Assembly (NCBI RefSeq): GCF_009914755.1
Contig: NC_060947.1
Origin: the human T2T-CHM13v2.0 reference genome, Homo sapiens
Direction: 5' to 3' (one strand)
DNA length: 64,000 bases
Shown here: positions 1 to 15,155 of the stretch, in pieces
Position numbering within the stretch: the stretch's first letter is position 1
Layout of the letters: each line of letters opens with the position of its first letter
The notes under the pieces: generated by a model
Told to the model about the DNA's origin: nothing
Databases searched by the model: none
The model's input: only the letters and a program-made list of their open reading frames with translations
Translations under genes and position numbers: made by a program

Positions 1-59
1 CACGGAGTTTACAAGCAGCACAAAATGAGTACAGATATAAAAATTAATGCATAACCTAC

Positions 60-183
60 ATTGACTTTTTCTTTTAAGTCTGAGAAGTTGCCTTCCTTCC
101 GAAAGATTGCAAATTCAGGACTCTGCAACACAGCTTCTGAGCGAGTAATCCAGCTGTGAAGTTCAGTTATATCAACATCCAAC
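60..183 (-). CDS. DMD: Dystrophin exon 18 (124 nt; start of spectrin repeat 4)
   Basis: Translates (R)LDVDITELHSWITRSEAVLQSPEFAIFRKEGNFSDLKEKVN, recognised dystrophin sequence. Acceptor TTAG at 184-187, donor GTAGGT at 59-54. Phase 2 to 0. Confidence 0.99.
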
Positions 184-369
184 CTAAGACAGCAAAAAAT
201 AAAAGTCATTATTTCTTGATTATCTCTTTCTTCTATATTAAAAAAAGCAATTTATCCACATTTATCATTCTTTTCTCAATCTGAGACTCCTGCCTGACAC
301 CTCTATTAGTATTAATAGCAGCACTATTTTCCCTGTTAGGTAGACTCAAATTTGGAGTCAGCTTTGATC

Positions 370-620
370 TAGAGTCTTATGATCACAGAGGTCATTTTAT
401 TCACCTCAATGTAAAAATCACTTCTACAATATATCCTGTAAGCTATTACCCAGCCTCTGCTTGAATGTTTCCACTATTTGAAAAAGTACTACTTCCCACG
501 ATAACCTTTTCTTTTTGGAAAGTATTTATGAGAAAAAAAAAATTCCTGTTGGTGGTCACCATTGAAACACATGCTTTTCTGTAGTCTCCAATCATACTGC
601 CTCTGGGTTTGGCCACGTGA
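370..620. mobile_element. Probable ancient L3/CR1 LINE fragment
   Basis: cccagcctctgcttgaatgtttccact resembles the L3 consensus. Heavily diverged, boundaries approximate. Confidence 0.4.
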
Positions 621-759
621 CTTTCTATCACAAATGGGACAATAGTAAGAGTACTGCAAGTAAGGTTTTGAGAAGTGCTTGCATGTCAGAGCTTGACTTT
701 TTAGAGCACACATTCTGAGAAGACAACAATTATATAAGAAGTACAATGACCTTGAGGTG

Positions 760-1028
760 ATCATGTTTTAAGGAAACTTGATCTGTCCATGTGAAGAGGC
801 CACATGAAGAAGCATGGGGCACCAGGCATGCAAATAAAGCCCTCTGTGACCCATCTCAATGCCAGCTGAAGACAGACAAATGAGTGCTCCAGTTGATGCC
901 ACATAGAGAAAAGAAATACCCAAAGGGCACTGCCTACGTTGAAGAATTAGGAGAAATAATAAATAGGTGCTGTTTTAAGCCACTACATTTTGGTGTGAGT
1001 TGTTATGCTGCCATAAATATCAGATCAC
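760..1028 (+). mobile_element. MLT1-family MaLR LTR, 3' part
   Basis: Typical MLT1 end: tgttttaagccactacattttggtgtgagttgttatgctgccataaatatcagatca. Confidence 0.7.
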
Positions 1029-1134
1029 CTATCCTGTTATTTTCAAACCTTTTTTTTTTTTTTTTTTTTTTTTTTGGAAGAGATCTTTGGAGCCACCAGG
1101 GATAAATTATTCATTCTAATCTGGTGATTTAGGT

Positions 1135-1430
1135 ATAGAAGAGCCAAAATATGGAATCAACCCAAGTGTCTAATGGAATAGTATTAAGCCTTTAAGACTA
1201 TGAATAGCCTTTCATTTGCAACAACATGTATGAACCCGGAGGAAATTATGTTAAGTGAAATAAGCCAGGTGTAGAAAGACAAATACCACATGATCTCACT
1301 TACAAGTGGAATCTAAAAAAAAAAAAAAAAAAAAATCAAACTAAAAGAAACAGAAGACAATGTTCATTTCCAGGAGCTGGTGGGGGTGGAGAGTAGTTGG
1401 AAAGATATTGGCAAAAGGATACAAAATTAT
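1135..1430 (+). mobile_element. Old L1 (L1MA/MB-type) 3' fragment
   Basis: agccaaaatatggaatcaacccaagtgtc, ttatgttaagtgaaataagccagg and aaagacaaataccacatgatctcact are L1 ORF2-end/3'UTR motifs. Confidence 0.8.
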
Positions 1431-2524
1431 AAATATTTGAAATCCGCTCTTTAAATTTATCAGTAGATACCTGATCATCAGCCTACCCTATGCTTAATTA
1501 CTTCAACGGATATTCTATGGCTTGTTGTTATCTTAGTTTCCTTAAATTGGGTACTTAAAGGGAACATATCAGCAGTGTGTAAAATAAACAGGGAAGAATA
1601 ATTATCTTTCTGGTTTATAATACTTTCATTGATATAGCCCATGATTTCAATAAATATTTTCACTTCAATATTAGACTTTCAACTCACATTGCAATTCAAT
1701 TGACTTAAAACTTCTAGGAATTTTTTCACATAAACTATCATTAAACCAGTTATATCACAACCTAATTACTATCACAAACATATGACCTGATCTATTGAAC
1801 TCCAGTTTTGGGACTTTGAATCATATAAACCAGTTAGAATTTCTCACATTTGTTGCAGGCTATTGTTTAAAAATTAAACAGATACAGAAATTAATGGAAC
1901 ACAAAGCCCTTAGAAAAACATATTCGCATTTTATATTCTCACAAAATTCTTTGGTTAGGTATCACCAATTCCAGCTGCCCATAGGATGAGATGGAGCTTC
2001 AGAGAAATTAAGTTAATTGACCTCAATACCATGGGTCAGAAACTTGACGGTTCATAGCATACAGATTGAGTTGTTATTTATCGAGGCTATCCAACTTGAA
2101 ATTAAGAGACTAGGGATCCTGATTCCTCTAAATCCCATGTCACTGAATGTCAGTAAGTTATCTGTGTATGCATTACAAATGTTTATGGATTTTTATTGTG
2201 TCATATATGATTTTTATCTTTCCTACATTTTTTATCCACAAGTTTGACTATCAGGTTCCTGTTTCTTCATTCATAATGTTGATTAAAATATACAGTACAA
2301 TTATATGCTGTAAAAATCTTTCACACTCTCTTCAGCGATGTTAACTCCTTAAATACTCTCCTACTATGGTTATTTGATTACCTACCCAAACCAGTGAATT
2401 ATATTTCAATCATCTTTTATGCATATTTATCATCATAATGTCTTAAAACATTTTTATTTTTGCTTTGGCCCAACATAAAATTTCCTGTGTCTCTCTATCT
2501 GCAAGCATCTATTTGCCAGTATAT

Positions 2525-2855
2525 TGGACAGAGAAGGAGTGCTGGAATGTTAATACTTTAGGGGTGTCCCTTAACCAGTGAGAGCTTGGAATTGGTGAAT
2601 TTCCCAGCTCCCTTGCCCCTCAGTTGGACAATCCTGAAGTATGATACACAGTGTCTCAAGGGGTTCCCTGCATGATTGAGCCCCAGTTCCTTCCAGCAGT
2701 AACCTGATCCCTATATTTGTGCCATACTTTATTGGCTGCTTTATTTTTCTTATTTCACTTCCCTACTTTGTTTCCTGGGATCACTTTCCAAATAAACTGC
2801 TTGCACCTAAATCCTTCTCTTCAGATCTACTCTTGGGGCAACCCAAACTAAGGCA
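2525..2855 (+). mobile_element. LTR16-like ERVL LTR
   Basis: Ends ccaaataaactgcttgcacctaaatcctt...ggggcaacccaaactaaggca, the characteristic LTR16 terminus with AATAAA. Confidence 0.7.
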
Positions 2856-3149
2856 ATAATCAACAGCCTCAAATGAACCTAGCATCCTGCCATACTTTTT
2901 TTTTTTTTTTTTTTTCCCAAGTTGGGCTCTAAGTCTCTACAGGAACTATTAAAACCTTTTATCAAAGCTCTGGCCCATCCTCTTTCTGCAGCTCTCTCAG
3001 ATGATCTTGTTCCCTACCTTACAGAAACAAGTGCAATTATCAGAGTAGAACTTCTTTCACTTCCTATTTCCAAACACCATCAGACCCGCATATGTAGCCA
3101 CCGTTCTCATTCCCTTCTTTTACATTTGAGTTTCCCTTCTTTTAATTAA

Positions 3150-3392
<243 letters not shown>

Positions 3393-3831
3393 TAATTTTT
3401 CTTCCTTTGGCTTCATGATGCCACTCTATTCTAATTTGCCTTCTATTTCTATGACCATTGGTAATTTTTTCTTTGCAGGTCCATCCTCCTCCACCCTATC
3501 ATTATGTACTAGATGTCAAGACCTAGTTCATTACCAATCATCTTCTACTCTACTATCTCTCACCAGAAAACACATCAGTCATCATGCCTTGAATTGCAAT
3601 CTATTTATCAATGATTCTGATATGTATATCTCTAATTCAGGCACTTGTTCTGAATTCCACAGCTATATAACCATCTGCCTATTGGATGTCTCCACTTGCA
3701 TGCTGCAAAATCTCCTTAAACATTATATGCCAAGGTTTAAAGTTTGATCTTCTCCCTCAAACTAGTACTCTATCAGTATTCCCCAGATCAGTAATTAGCA
3801 TCACCATCCCTCATATTTGTTATCTTCATCT

Positions 3832-4180
3832 CCGCTATGGACTGAATTTTGTGCCCCACAAAAGTTCGTATGTTGAAGCCTAATTCCCAATGTGATGATA
3901 TTAAAAGATGGGGCATTTGGGAGGTAATTAGGTCAAGAGGGTAGAGCCCTCATGAAATGAGTCCCCTTAAAATGATCTGAAGAGATCAGTGTTCTTTTCC
4001 ACCGTGTGAGGGCACAGTGAGAGAGCACCAAGTATGAACCAGGAAGCCTGCCCTTAAAAGACACTAAATCTGCTAGTTACTTGATATTAAACTTCCCAAA
4101 CTCCAGAAATGGGAGACATAAATTTCTGTGGTTTATAAGCTACCCAGTTTATGGTATTTTGTTACAGCAAACCAACTAAA
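3832..4180 (+). mobile_element. MLT1A-type MaLR solo LTR
   Basis: Starts gctatggactgaattttgtgcccc, ends ggtattttgttacagcaaaccaactaa. Confidence 0.8.
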
Positions 4181-4409
4181 ACCCTCTCTCTTCCTTCCCA
4201 TGTTTAATGTATTGCAAAGTCTAATCTGTCACACATACATTCTCTGTCTCCTGAATATGTATGCTTCTTCCTGTCTCCATAGCCAGAACCCAAATCTGTG
4301 TTGCCATTAAATGTGACCAAAAATACCGCAATAGCTTTTCACTTGGCCTCTGGGCAGTATTTATGGAACTCTCTCTTTTATGTACTACTGGAAAAATTAT
4401 CATTTCTAT

Positions 4410-4590
4410 CTTTTTTAATTGACGCATAATAGATGTACTTAGATTGGGGGTACATGTGATAATTTAACATATCCGTATAATTTGTAAAGATCGCATCAGT
4501 GTACTTGGGATATCCATAATCTTAAATATTTGTCTATGCTAGATACATTCAAATTATTCTCTTCTAGCTACTTTGAAATATACGGTAGTA
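4410..4590 (-). mobile_element. L1MA-type 3' end fragment
   Basis: tttttaattgacgcataatagatgtac...gggggtacatgtgata...aattattctcttctagctactttgaaatatac. Confidence 0.7.
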
Positions 4591-5197
4591 AAAACATATC
4601 TGATTATGTTACCTTCATTCGTAAAACCACTCAAAGACTTTCTCATTTTTCTTAGAATAAAGAACAAAATTTCAACATGATCCTTTATAATCTGGCCTTC
4701 ATAGACCTCTTAACTGTATATTCTACTTTGTCTTTTATTCAAGTACTTGTAGAAACAAATTTCGCTTCATATTTTCTAAAGTAATTCAGAGCTATTCTTT
4801 ATTCTTGTTCCTCCTCCAATGGAATAAAATCCTTCACTGACTCTTCCATAAATATTTTGAAAACTGGGTTGTTAATATAATGCATTTGGGCCACTTTGGT
4901 GAAATTTATTTGTCTGACTCAATTATACATCAAATACCCTCTGACTCATAAATATGAGATAGGAATATCCACCAGTCACTTTCAAATTCACGCTTTAAAC
5001 TTAATCTCTCTAGTCTCACCCTCATTTGATTTAGACTATCTCTAAGAAAGATTGCTCACTTCTACTTAGAGGTCCCTGAAACTCAAACGTGCCTCAAGGT
5101 ACTAGGCTGGCATGACAGCTGAAAGAAATCTGCTGAAGCCTATGTTGGAGAAAGATTTCTACTAGGCGTTGAATTGACATTGCTCTTGTTTGCACAC

Positions 5198-5873
5198 TGT
5201 AGGGGCTCAGAAAACGATACCCCAAAGTATGGCACTTTGGCATGCTGAAACTTTGAACTAAAGAACACTGGAAGGCCTCAAAAGCAGCCTCAAAACCAAG
5301 GTCCCTCTGACCTTCTCCTCCCCTCCTGTCTTTAACTCCACATTCTTCCCTGAAGTGAGTCATAGTAACCAGAATTCTTCTTCTTCAAGGTAGGTCATAG
5401 AAACCAAAAACCCTCTCCTCCAAAGCCAACCATAAAAGCCAGAATTATAACTCTGTATTTTGCCCACCTTTCTCTCTATTAGCTAGCCATAAAAAATTCT
5501 CTGACATACTTTTGTTTGATAGTAGATCATAAGACCCTCATTCAAGTGGGGTCCTACCCCATGTGTAGGAGGAAGGAATTCTACACAGACAGGCCTGGCT
5601 GGTTGTCCCTAGTCTATTACTATCAGATCATTCCCTTTTTGTCCAATCACATTCCTACATGGCTGTCTACTCTTTATCAACTCTAAGCATAAAAACAGTT
5701 TTCCTTTGGGTCATTGGGTCTTCATTTTTGAAGGCTCCCATGTCACCTAAAACTTTTATTAGATAAATATCTCATGCTTTTCTCTTGTTAACCTATCTTT
5801 TGTTATAGGAATGTCTGCTATGACCTGTATAAGGAGGAAGGAAAGGGATCACAGCCTTTCTGCTCCTATAACA
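5198..5873 (+). mobile_element. MER39-like ERV1 solo LTR
   Basis: TG...CA termini. Start tgtaggggctcagaaaacgataccccaaagtatggcactttggcatgctga matches the recalled MER39 consensus. Confidence 0.8.
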
Positions 5874-5959
5874 TGCATGTTGATGTAACTGTTATACCAC
5901 CACCTCCAATTCACTGCAGAAAAAAGAAACAAAGTTGTTTGTTTTTAGTTTGAAAGTAA

Positions 5960-6299
<340 letters not shown>

Positions 6300-9200
6300 T
6301 AACACTTTTAGAGGTGTATTTTCCTGAAAAAGGCAAAATTGTATGTTTCCTTTTAAAACGGTCAAATGTCTCCTTTTTTTCCCCTTCATAAAGCATATAC
6401 TAAGTGCTTACTATGTGCCAGACATGCTATTAACTCCATAAAGAACAGAGACGAGAATGCATTAGTCCACATTATCAAGTAATTTGGTTTAGTGAAGCAT
6501 TTGTTTGACAAGATAAAAATGGTTTAGACACAGAACTGGGGCTCAGCTCACACTGGTCTTTTTAAGAGGATAATCAAAAAACACCTTCTCTGTAAATTAG
6601 GATTAAATCAGCTTCTAGCCTAGAGGCTCTGCCAAGTATATTGGTTATCTCCACACAAAGAAGGCTTTGTGGAGTCAACACCATGGTAACTGTCTGTTTG
6701 CTTCTCTGTCTGTGAAGATTTTAAGGGAGGCCTGGACACCAGTTGGCACGTAGTTCTGATAATTCAAATCAATTCAAACAACAGGATGTGAAATTCTACA
6801 GAAAGGTCTTTCCTCATTCAATTTTTTGTCTGACTTTATAAATTTGGAAAGGGGTCACATACAGTGCGTGAACTTCCCTTTTATACAAAGATCGTATGGA
6901 GAGTGATTACGCTCGTTTTTTGATGTACAGATTTTTAAAAAGGCAATTTCAAATTTTACTAGGGCAGTGGTGAGGAGAGCGTTTTGTCTAAGGAAAATAA
7001 CCTATTCATAAGCACAGAGGTTAATGTTATACTTCTTTTCTAAAATGGAACAAAGAAACATATTAATGAGTTTGGACTCTTCTCACCTGTTGGAGTTCTT
7101 CCCTTTCATTTCTATCATTATTGTGATATCTTGATTTCATGGGAAACAGGTGGACACTGAACCCAATTCTTACACAATTCAAGCTCTGAGCTATTCCTAA
7201 CCTAATCTTAATATTTATTTTATGTTGCTTCCATTTGGACTTCTTCCTTCAAACATCTCTGATTTCCTTGCTAAAACTCTTTTTGTCCACACATAATGTG
7301 CAGTCAGCCTACACTCTAATACTTAACATGTACCACCATCTCTTAGAGTTCTGGGAGTTAACTGTCAGCTACTAGCATTGTTTTCTCTCCAATATTCTGC
7401 CAGTGGATAGCCTCATCTCTTTATGCCAGCAATGAGGATGGAAGGGTGAAGAGGAAGCAGAGGCAGGGTTTCAAGGCCTCCCATGTACTCTCCCTGAGTG
7501 CCAATGGCCTACATCCAACGCTTAGTTTTAGGTTCAGTGACATTTTCAATGCACAATGAACTCAGTCTCCTTCCCGGATCCTACTCAGACCCTGGCTTCC
7601 AAGAAGCAATTGCACGTTTATTTTATTCCTTATCAATTTAGCAACTATCGCTTCATCACTTTTTGTGGTTTGTCGTGTAGTTTTCATGTATTTCACTGCT
7701 ACTAGATATTCCTCAGATATCTTTGCTGAGATGCATGGCAAATGAACAGACACCTCTGATTTAAATGTCTTCATGCTTTAAATTGGGTGCTATCTACTCT
7801 TCCCAGTGCTTTGCAGATGGCATTTTCTATCATACTTTGCACTAAGTGAGCCTGGGTATTTAATTACGAACGAAATATATCATTCAGATGCAACTCAGTT
7901 ACCTTCTTTAAAACCCTCAAGGAAAACACTGAAGACTTATTTTCAATGCCATATTCAACGTTGGATTCTGTACATGTATTTTTGCTTCTTCATAAAATTA
8001 CTCGTTTCTAATAATTCTTTTTTCCCCACTTTAACAACTCACATAAAACCATTGCTAATGAACTTATGTATCATAAGTTGCTCATAATGTGTCCCTACAC
8101 CTTTGGAATCAGTCCACTAATATATTCCTTAGTGCTTAACTTACTTTCCTCATATACTTAACTCTGTACTTAACGTACTTCCGAATGTTATCAGACTCTA
8201 TCCCTTAAATGCAGTCTAACTTTACCTAGCTTAAAATCTCCTTTAGCTAATAAAAAAATAACTTCTCATTCTCTGTTCACAAAATGATTATTTCTATAAT
8301 TATTGATGAATATTCTGTCCTCTATTCTTCAAGTATATCTTAAAACCTCAATTTGTTATTATTTATGGTTAGCAGTGAAGCGACAATTTTTTTCTCCTTT
8401 ACAAATATACTCATCAGAAACCCCTGAAATTAAAACTTGTAAAGTCCCATCATACAGGGCAAGTAAGTCTTTGATTTTTTTTTTTCTTTGCAAAAGTGTA
8501 TTACTACACCAAGACAATTTTTCAAAAAGACCTTCCATTTTTTGGAAGTTTCAAAATATCAAAAGCCTGGGGCATATATACCAAATATTCAGAGAGTGAC
8601 AATTTTTCTCAGTATTATATTGTACAAACAGACTCAGCCTCATCCAGTTGAATTTCCCATAAAAATGATGTAAATTAGGTTAATTACATCCCATATGGTA
8701 AATACTGAGAGATACCTGTGTATATAAATGTTTAAAATAAATTCAAAGGCAAAAACACATACAAACATCTCAAAGAACTAGAGAAATGTTTGCCATTTAA
8801 GAAGTTGTCAATTTTGAATTGTCAATAGTAAAACATTACATGAATTAGTGCTATATAACTGTGCTAATTATGTCAGAAGAGCCTCCTGATGGGCACTGTG
8901 TTCTGTTAATTTTCTTTACAGTGACTGCCACATAACCTATTAAACTAAGATGACACATTTACATAAATTTTAATTCAGTCACTTTCAATATACAAGTTGG
9001 AACTCATCATTCCCAAATGTGTAAACTTTGAGAGTGGAAGTCCTCCAAGCTCCCAGACTTAACTAATTTGATTAGTGAACTAGGTTTATGAATGGCCATT
9101 TTACATATTTAAACATCTTAGCATGTAGAATTTCATAAAAACTTATGAGCCTCATCCTTAGAAACCTGAAAGGAAAATGCTGATGCCTGTGAAATACGTT

Positions 9201-9881
9201 AACCATTGCAGGGTCCCAGGGCTCTAGGCCTAGACCAGATAATTTATGAAACCAATTCTTAATGAACATTTTAATTAGCTAGGAAGCAAGTTTTAACATT
9301 AATAGGAACAAAACTATAATTATTCTTTGTTGGTATTAAAGAAGAAATAATTTTGGAGGTAAGATTTTCCAACTTTGCTGTATTTTTAAAAATCACCTTT
9401 CTTCTTCAGAGTTTTCCGAAGTGAGAAGACATTTTAATTCCATATTACTATACAGGCACTTTCCTGACCCTAAATCCCCAACCATTTGAAGATGACCTAC
9501 TATTCATCTTCCAAGGCTCAGTTCAAGATGCACATCATCTGTGAAGGTTTTCTTGATCAACCTCTCTCTACTCTTCCCCTTTCAACTTTCCTTCTGGGAA
9601 AACTTGTCCCTCTCTGCTTGTTTCCACATGGCATTTGCTTTAAAAAAAAATCGAGTAATAGAATACAAATTCAATTTGCATCAAATAGATCTTATAAAAA
9701 TATCAAATGAAATTCAGTATAAATCCTATTAGTTCTAAAAATATTTTTAGGACTTTGAGATGCATTGACTACATGGCAATTATTATATTTTTGGAATTAC
9801 AGAATATTATTAAAGGGGAAATCCTATTTAACCAAAAGAAAACAAGCTAATATTTAGATAAATAGTTCCCTCTCCAAATCA

Positions 9882-10418
<537 letters not shown>

Positions 10419-10748
10419 TTAATCCCTAATTTTTATCTTTCTGGTATTTTCTTGGGTAAATTAATTTCTTCGATCTTCAGCGACTTCTTGCTTTAAATTG
10501 TAAAAATTTAAAAGCTGTTATCAAACTGGTCCTGAAGTAAAAACATACTGTAAACCAAAAATAAAAGGCTAACTCCCCCTCCAAAGGGACTTCCTCCTCA
10601 GCCAGGGCTCTTAAAATTTAACCTGAAAGACTGGTTCAGGCCAAGAAGGGAAGTGGGGGTCAGACATGCCTCATTATACCTCTCTGACACTTACATCAAC
10701 ACAGACTTTAAGTCTGATAAGAAGCACTCTACAGCCTCTTCTCTCTGA

Positions 10749-11275
<527 letters not shown>

Positions 11276-11427
11276 AAACCAATGTATTTCTTAAATGTAC
11301 TTGATTGATGTCTCATGCCTCCCTAAAATGTGTAAAACCAAGCTGCACCCCAACCACCTTGGGCACATGTCGTCAGGACTTCCTGAGGCTGTGTCACAGG
11401 CGCGCGAATTCCACCTTGGCAAAAATC

Positions 11428-11430
<3 letters not shown>

Positions 11431-11466
<36 letters not shown>

Positions 11467-11582
11467 AGACAAAGTCTCATTCTATCACCCAGGCTGGAGT
11501 GCAGTGGCACAATCTCACTGCAACCCCCGCCTCCTGGGGACAAGCAATTCTCGTGCCTCAGCCTCCCGAGTACCTAGGATTA
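11431..11582 (-). mobile_element. 5'-truncated Alu inside the MER4 LTR
   Basis: About 35 T then ~115 nt of right arm. TSD GGCAAAA(A)TCAACTTT on both sides. Confidence 0.92.
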
Positions 11583-13042
11583 GGCAAAATCAACTTTCTA
11601 AATTAACTGAGACCTGTCTCAGATTTTCTGGGTCTACAATACAAATGCTTTTTAAAAATTACTTGTAAATATGTTTACTTACCTCTCTAATTAAAGAGGT
11701 TTTGACCCAAGATACAAAAACTGAGATCAGCTTTGCTTATATTGTGGCTTTCATATTCCAATTACATTAGTCTATTCATCTAGCAATCAAATTAAATAAA
11801 ATCTAAAGATGTTATAATTCCCAGTTATAATAAAAAGCCTATAAACTCTTCAGTGGTTTACACAGCACCTGGAACAATGTGACAGATGACAGAGGACTCT
11901 GTCTTCAGTTAGTGGAAACTGCTATATTAACATTCCTATCAAAAATCTATTTTTCCTTATATTTGCATGGTCTCAAATGTATTTCTAGTTTTATATGTGT
12001 AATTTTAAGCACATCACTCATAAAATAATATGTTTCAGTACAGTAAAATTTAATGATTTCAGATTGCACTGAAAGGCATCTTTAAAAGATACTAAAAAAT
12101 CAATTTCTGTGGCGTTTACCTTGTCCTAAAATATGCCTATTTAACATGTGCCTCAAAAGCTGAATTCTAGTCCAAGCACAAAATATTGTCCTTAAAATTG
12201 TACATCTTCTTTATTATCAATTATGGCATACCGAATTATATACTTAGTATGTTTAAAAATTCTGCTTTTTAAAATACATGCCCTTGCATACAAATTGAAT
12301 GATTTAATGTTTTAAGCTATTAATGCCAAAAATGTCTGAGTTATTTGGTATTGATATTCATCTTGGCACCCATAGAATCGTTGATTGCAGTGAAGAGAAT
12401 AAAACTGCTGTAAAATATTGCTTCTCTGCACAAAGTAAAACTTACCTAAAATATTTTGACGTCTGGTAGGTAGAAATGATGTTAAAATAATCTTCCTACC
12501 TTAATTTGGTATTAAATCTTAATCATTTCAAAATTCATTGGTAATATTTATTTCTAAAGTGTGACATGATTGAACAGATGTCACATTTATAAGTTTTGTT
12601 TAAATATCTTTGAGAGAAACAACCTTAAAAATTAAAAGGTAAGAAACCCCCACAAATTCTAAAATGTCAGATACTGCTACATTAGAGGAATTAGTTATAA
12701 AGCCAAGGAGTGTGAAAACACGTGGGCAAAAACTGCATGACCCAGAGGATGGGAAATAAAATGCTGCTAAGCCACAGATGCCTAAAGCCTATTTTTCATT
12801 TTCAATAAATTGAAAGTCCCTTTGAAACACACTTCTGTGCAAGAAAATCACCTTAACACAGGTTAATAGAAATATTCTCTTAAATGATAGATGAAATCCT
12901 GTCAGAGTAATAAATCTATGATCATACAATATAATATACTCAAGTTGAAAATCCTGAGTCATATATTTTAAAATCAAATGTAAAGTTTATTTAAAATGAT
13001 GAAACCCAAAAGCTGCCTATGTCCTTATGATAAATAAATGTG

Positions 13043-13061
13043 GGTCACTAGAGGGCGCACA
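13043..13061 (+). promoter_or_regulatory. Candidate CTCF binding site
   Basis: GGTCACTAGAGGGCGCACA matches the core CCASYAGRKGGCRS at 13 of 14 positions, in otherwise AT-rich unique sequence. Confidence 0.6.
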
Positions 13062-14494
13062 TTCCCTTTCAGAGCTTGTCTTCAATTTGGCTTCTTTCGT
13101 TTTCTTATCTGCATAACGAAAATATGGTGACAAATGAAATTTTCATGGAAGTTTTACTTACACAGAAATATAAAATGTCCAAAGATATAGATAAAATAGT
13201 GTACAAATAATATGTAAGTAAGACACTCTCAGATGCACTGTTAAAATGCCTTCAGCCATTTTGAGGTACACACAAAAGTACCTTGAAGCCATAATACATA
13301 GAATCCCTTGAGAAAATATGTCCACAGTTTGGAGAGTCATGCTTAGTTCAAATAATTTAGTAAAATTTTCTGGATTATGTAGCAAGTAGTTTTCCTTCCC
13401 AAGTTCATTGATTTTAACTAATTTTTGAATGTTTAGTTAAATATGTGGACACTCGTACTCTAAAAATCTGCTTAAAATTATACTCCTAAATCACCTAAAG
13501 TTTTTTAAAATGCCAAACTTTCATTCAAATTTAAAGAACAGAAAAGAGACATATATATCATTTTAAGCATCTTAATCAGGTCACAGGCTTTCAAAAAGAA
13601 AACTTAATCGCTCAAGAAACCTTGTATGTTATCTGTAATAGCTTTTATTTTTGCAGATTGATCATGAATAGAAAAGTTGAAGATCTTCATTTAGTTTCAA
13701 TACACAGTGAAGCACTGAGTCAAGACTCAAGAACAGGTCTGTCTGAATCCAAAGATTTCTACAACACTACATTTTTCTTTTGTTCCAAATAAACGAGAAA
13801 CCCATCTTAAAAAAAAAATAAGGATAAGTCAATATAGAATTACTGTTCATTGCTACACAGTACAGTAATTTAGTGGTTTTGACTACGCTATCTTGGATTA
13901 TATGAGAATTTGATTGAAGTCTCTAATATCAGGATATTAATTCTGAAATTTTTCATTAAAATATGATCCTTAGTTGTATACTTTGTACCCTAATGGCAAT
14001 ATAAAATAATTTATTTCCCAATTTATTATTACCTTGGAATTTCCCTTAATTTCCTAAAATCCTCAACTTTCTAATCTGATGATACAATTTCTCACATCAG
14101 AGAAAATATTAAGCATAGATGAAAAAAGTTACTACTTATTATATAATGTGGTTAAGACCATGGTGAGCTCCAAAAGTCTTGCACTTGGAAAAAAAAGTTC
14201 AATTATATGGAAATTCCACTTATTTTTGATGCTGAAAAAGACATCTAAATTTTAAAGAAATCTTTTCAGTGAAAAAGGTCTCTGTATTTAAAGATAATCA
14301 AGTGTTGCCATGGGACACTAGAGTCAATGATACTTCAGAATGTAGAACAGACATAATCTAGAATAAGTGCAGCTTCCATAGACTTTGGCAAATTCTTAAG
14401 GAGTCCCAGTCAAGCATTTTATTTCAGCTAAATAATTTGATGAAATCACCTTTAACTTATTACAACATAGCAAGGCGAGGAATTTCCGAAGGCA

Positions 14495-14715
14495 ACACCC
14501 TAAGCTAGGCTGTCTGGGTTCAAATCCTAGCTGCGATGCTTCCTGTAAACTATGTGACCATGAGCAAGTCACTTGAAATTTCTATGACACATTGTTATCA
14601 TTGGCAAAGAGTGACAATAATAAAACTTACTTCGTAATGCTATTTTAAGTGTGAAATACATTAATATGTAGCAAATACTTGGTAGAAGCCATATACATAT
14701 TAGCTATTGTTATTA
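14495..14715 (+). mobile_element. MIR SINE
   Basis: ctgggttcaaatcctagc...tgtgaccatgagcaagtcactt core, tagctattgttatta tail. Confidence 0.8.
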
Positions 14716-14939
14716 ATATCTTCCATGATCCTTTTTTAACTGGCTTTAAGCCCTATGCCATTTCTCACTTTCTCACGTGTGAGAGTAGTCATATTTGTTT
14801 TAGTGTCTTCTTAATGACTGATAAAGTAAAAGCCACAATTGGAATAACAAGAATAAAAACTGCAAACACAGCTATAACAAAGACAATGAAACATATAAAC
14901 AAAAATCAACAGCAAAATAGTCTCATTTTACCCATTAGT

Positions 14940-15155
14940 GCCGGAATCCCCAAAGTATGTTCTATGGGACAAATATGGTCTGCCATCTAATTTGGTAAAT
15001 AAAATTTTACTGGAACTCAGTCATGCTCATTCATTTATACATTGTTTATGGCTGCTTTCTAGCTATAGCAGCAGAGTTGAGTAGTTTTAAAATAAATTTT
15101 ATGATACACAAAACCTAAAATATTTACTCTCTGGCCCTTTAGAGAAAACTTTTCT
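14940..15155. mobile_element. MER58A (hAT-Charlie) MITE
   Basis: aaataaaattttactggaactcagtcatgctcattcatttatacattg...aaaatatttactctctggcccttta. Confidence 0.8.
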
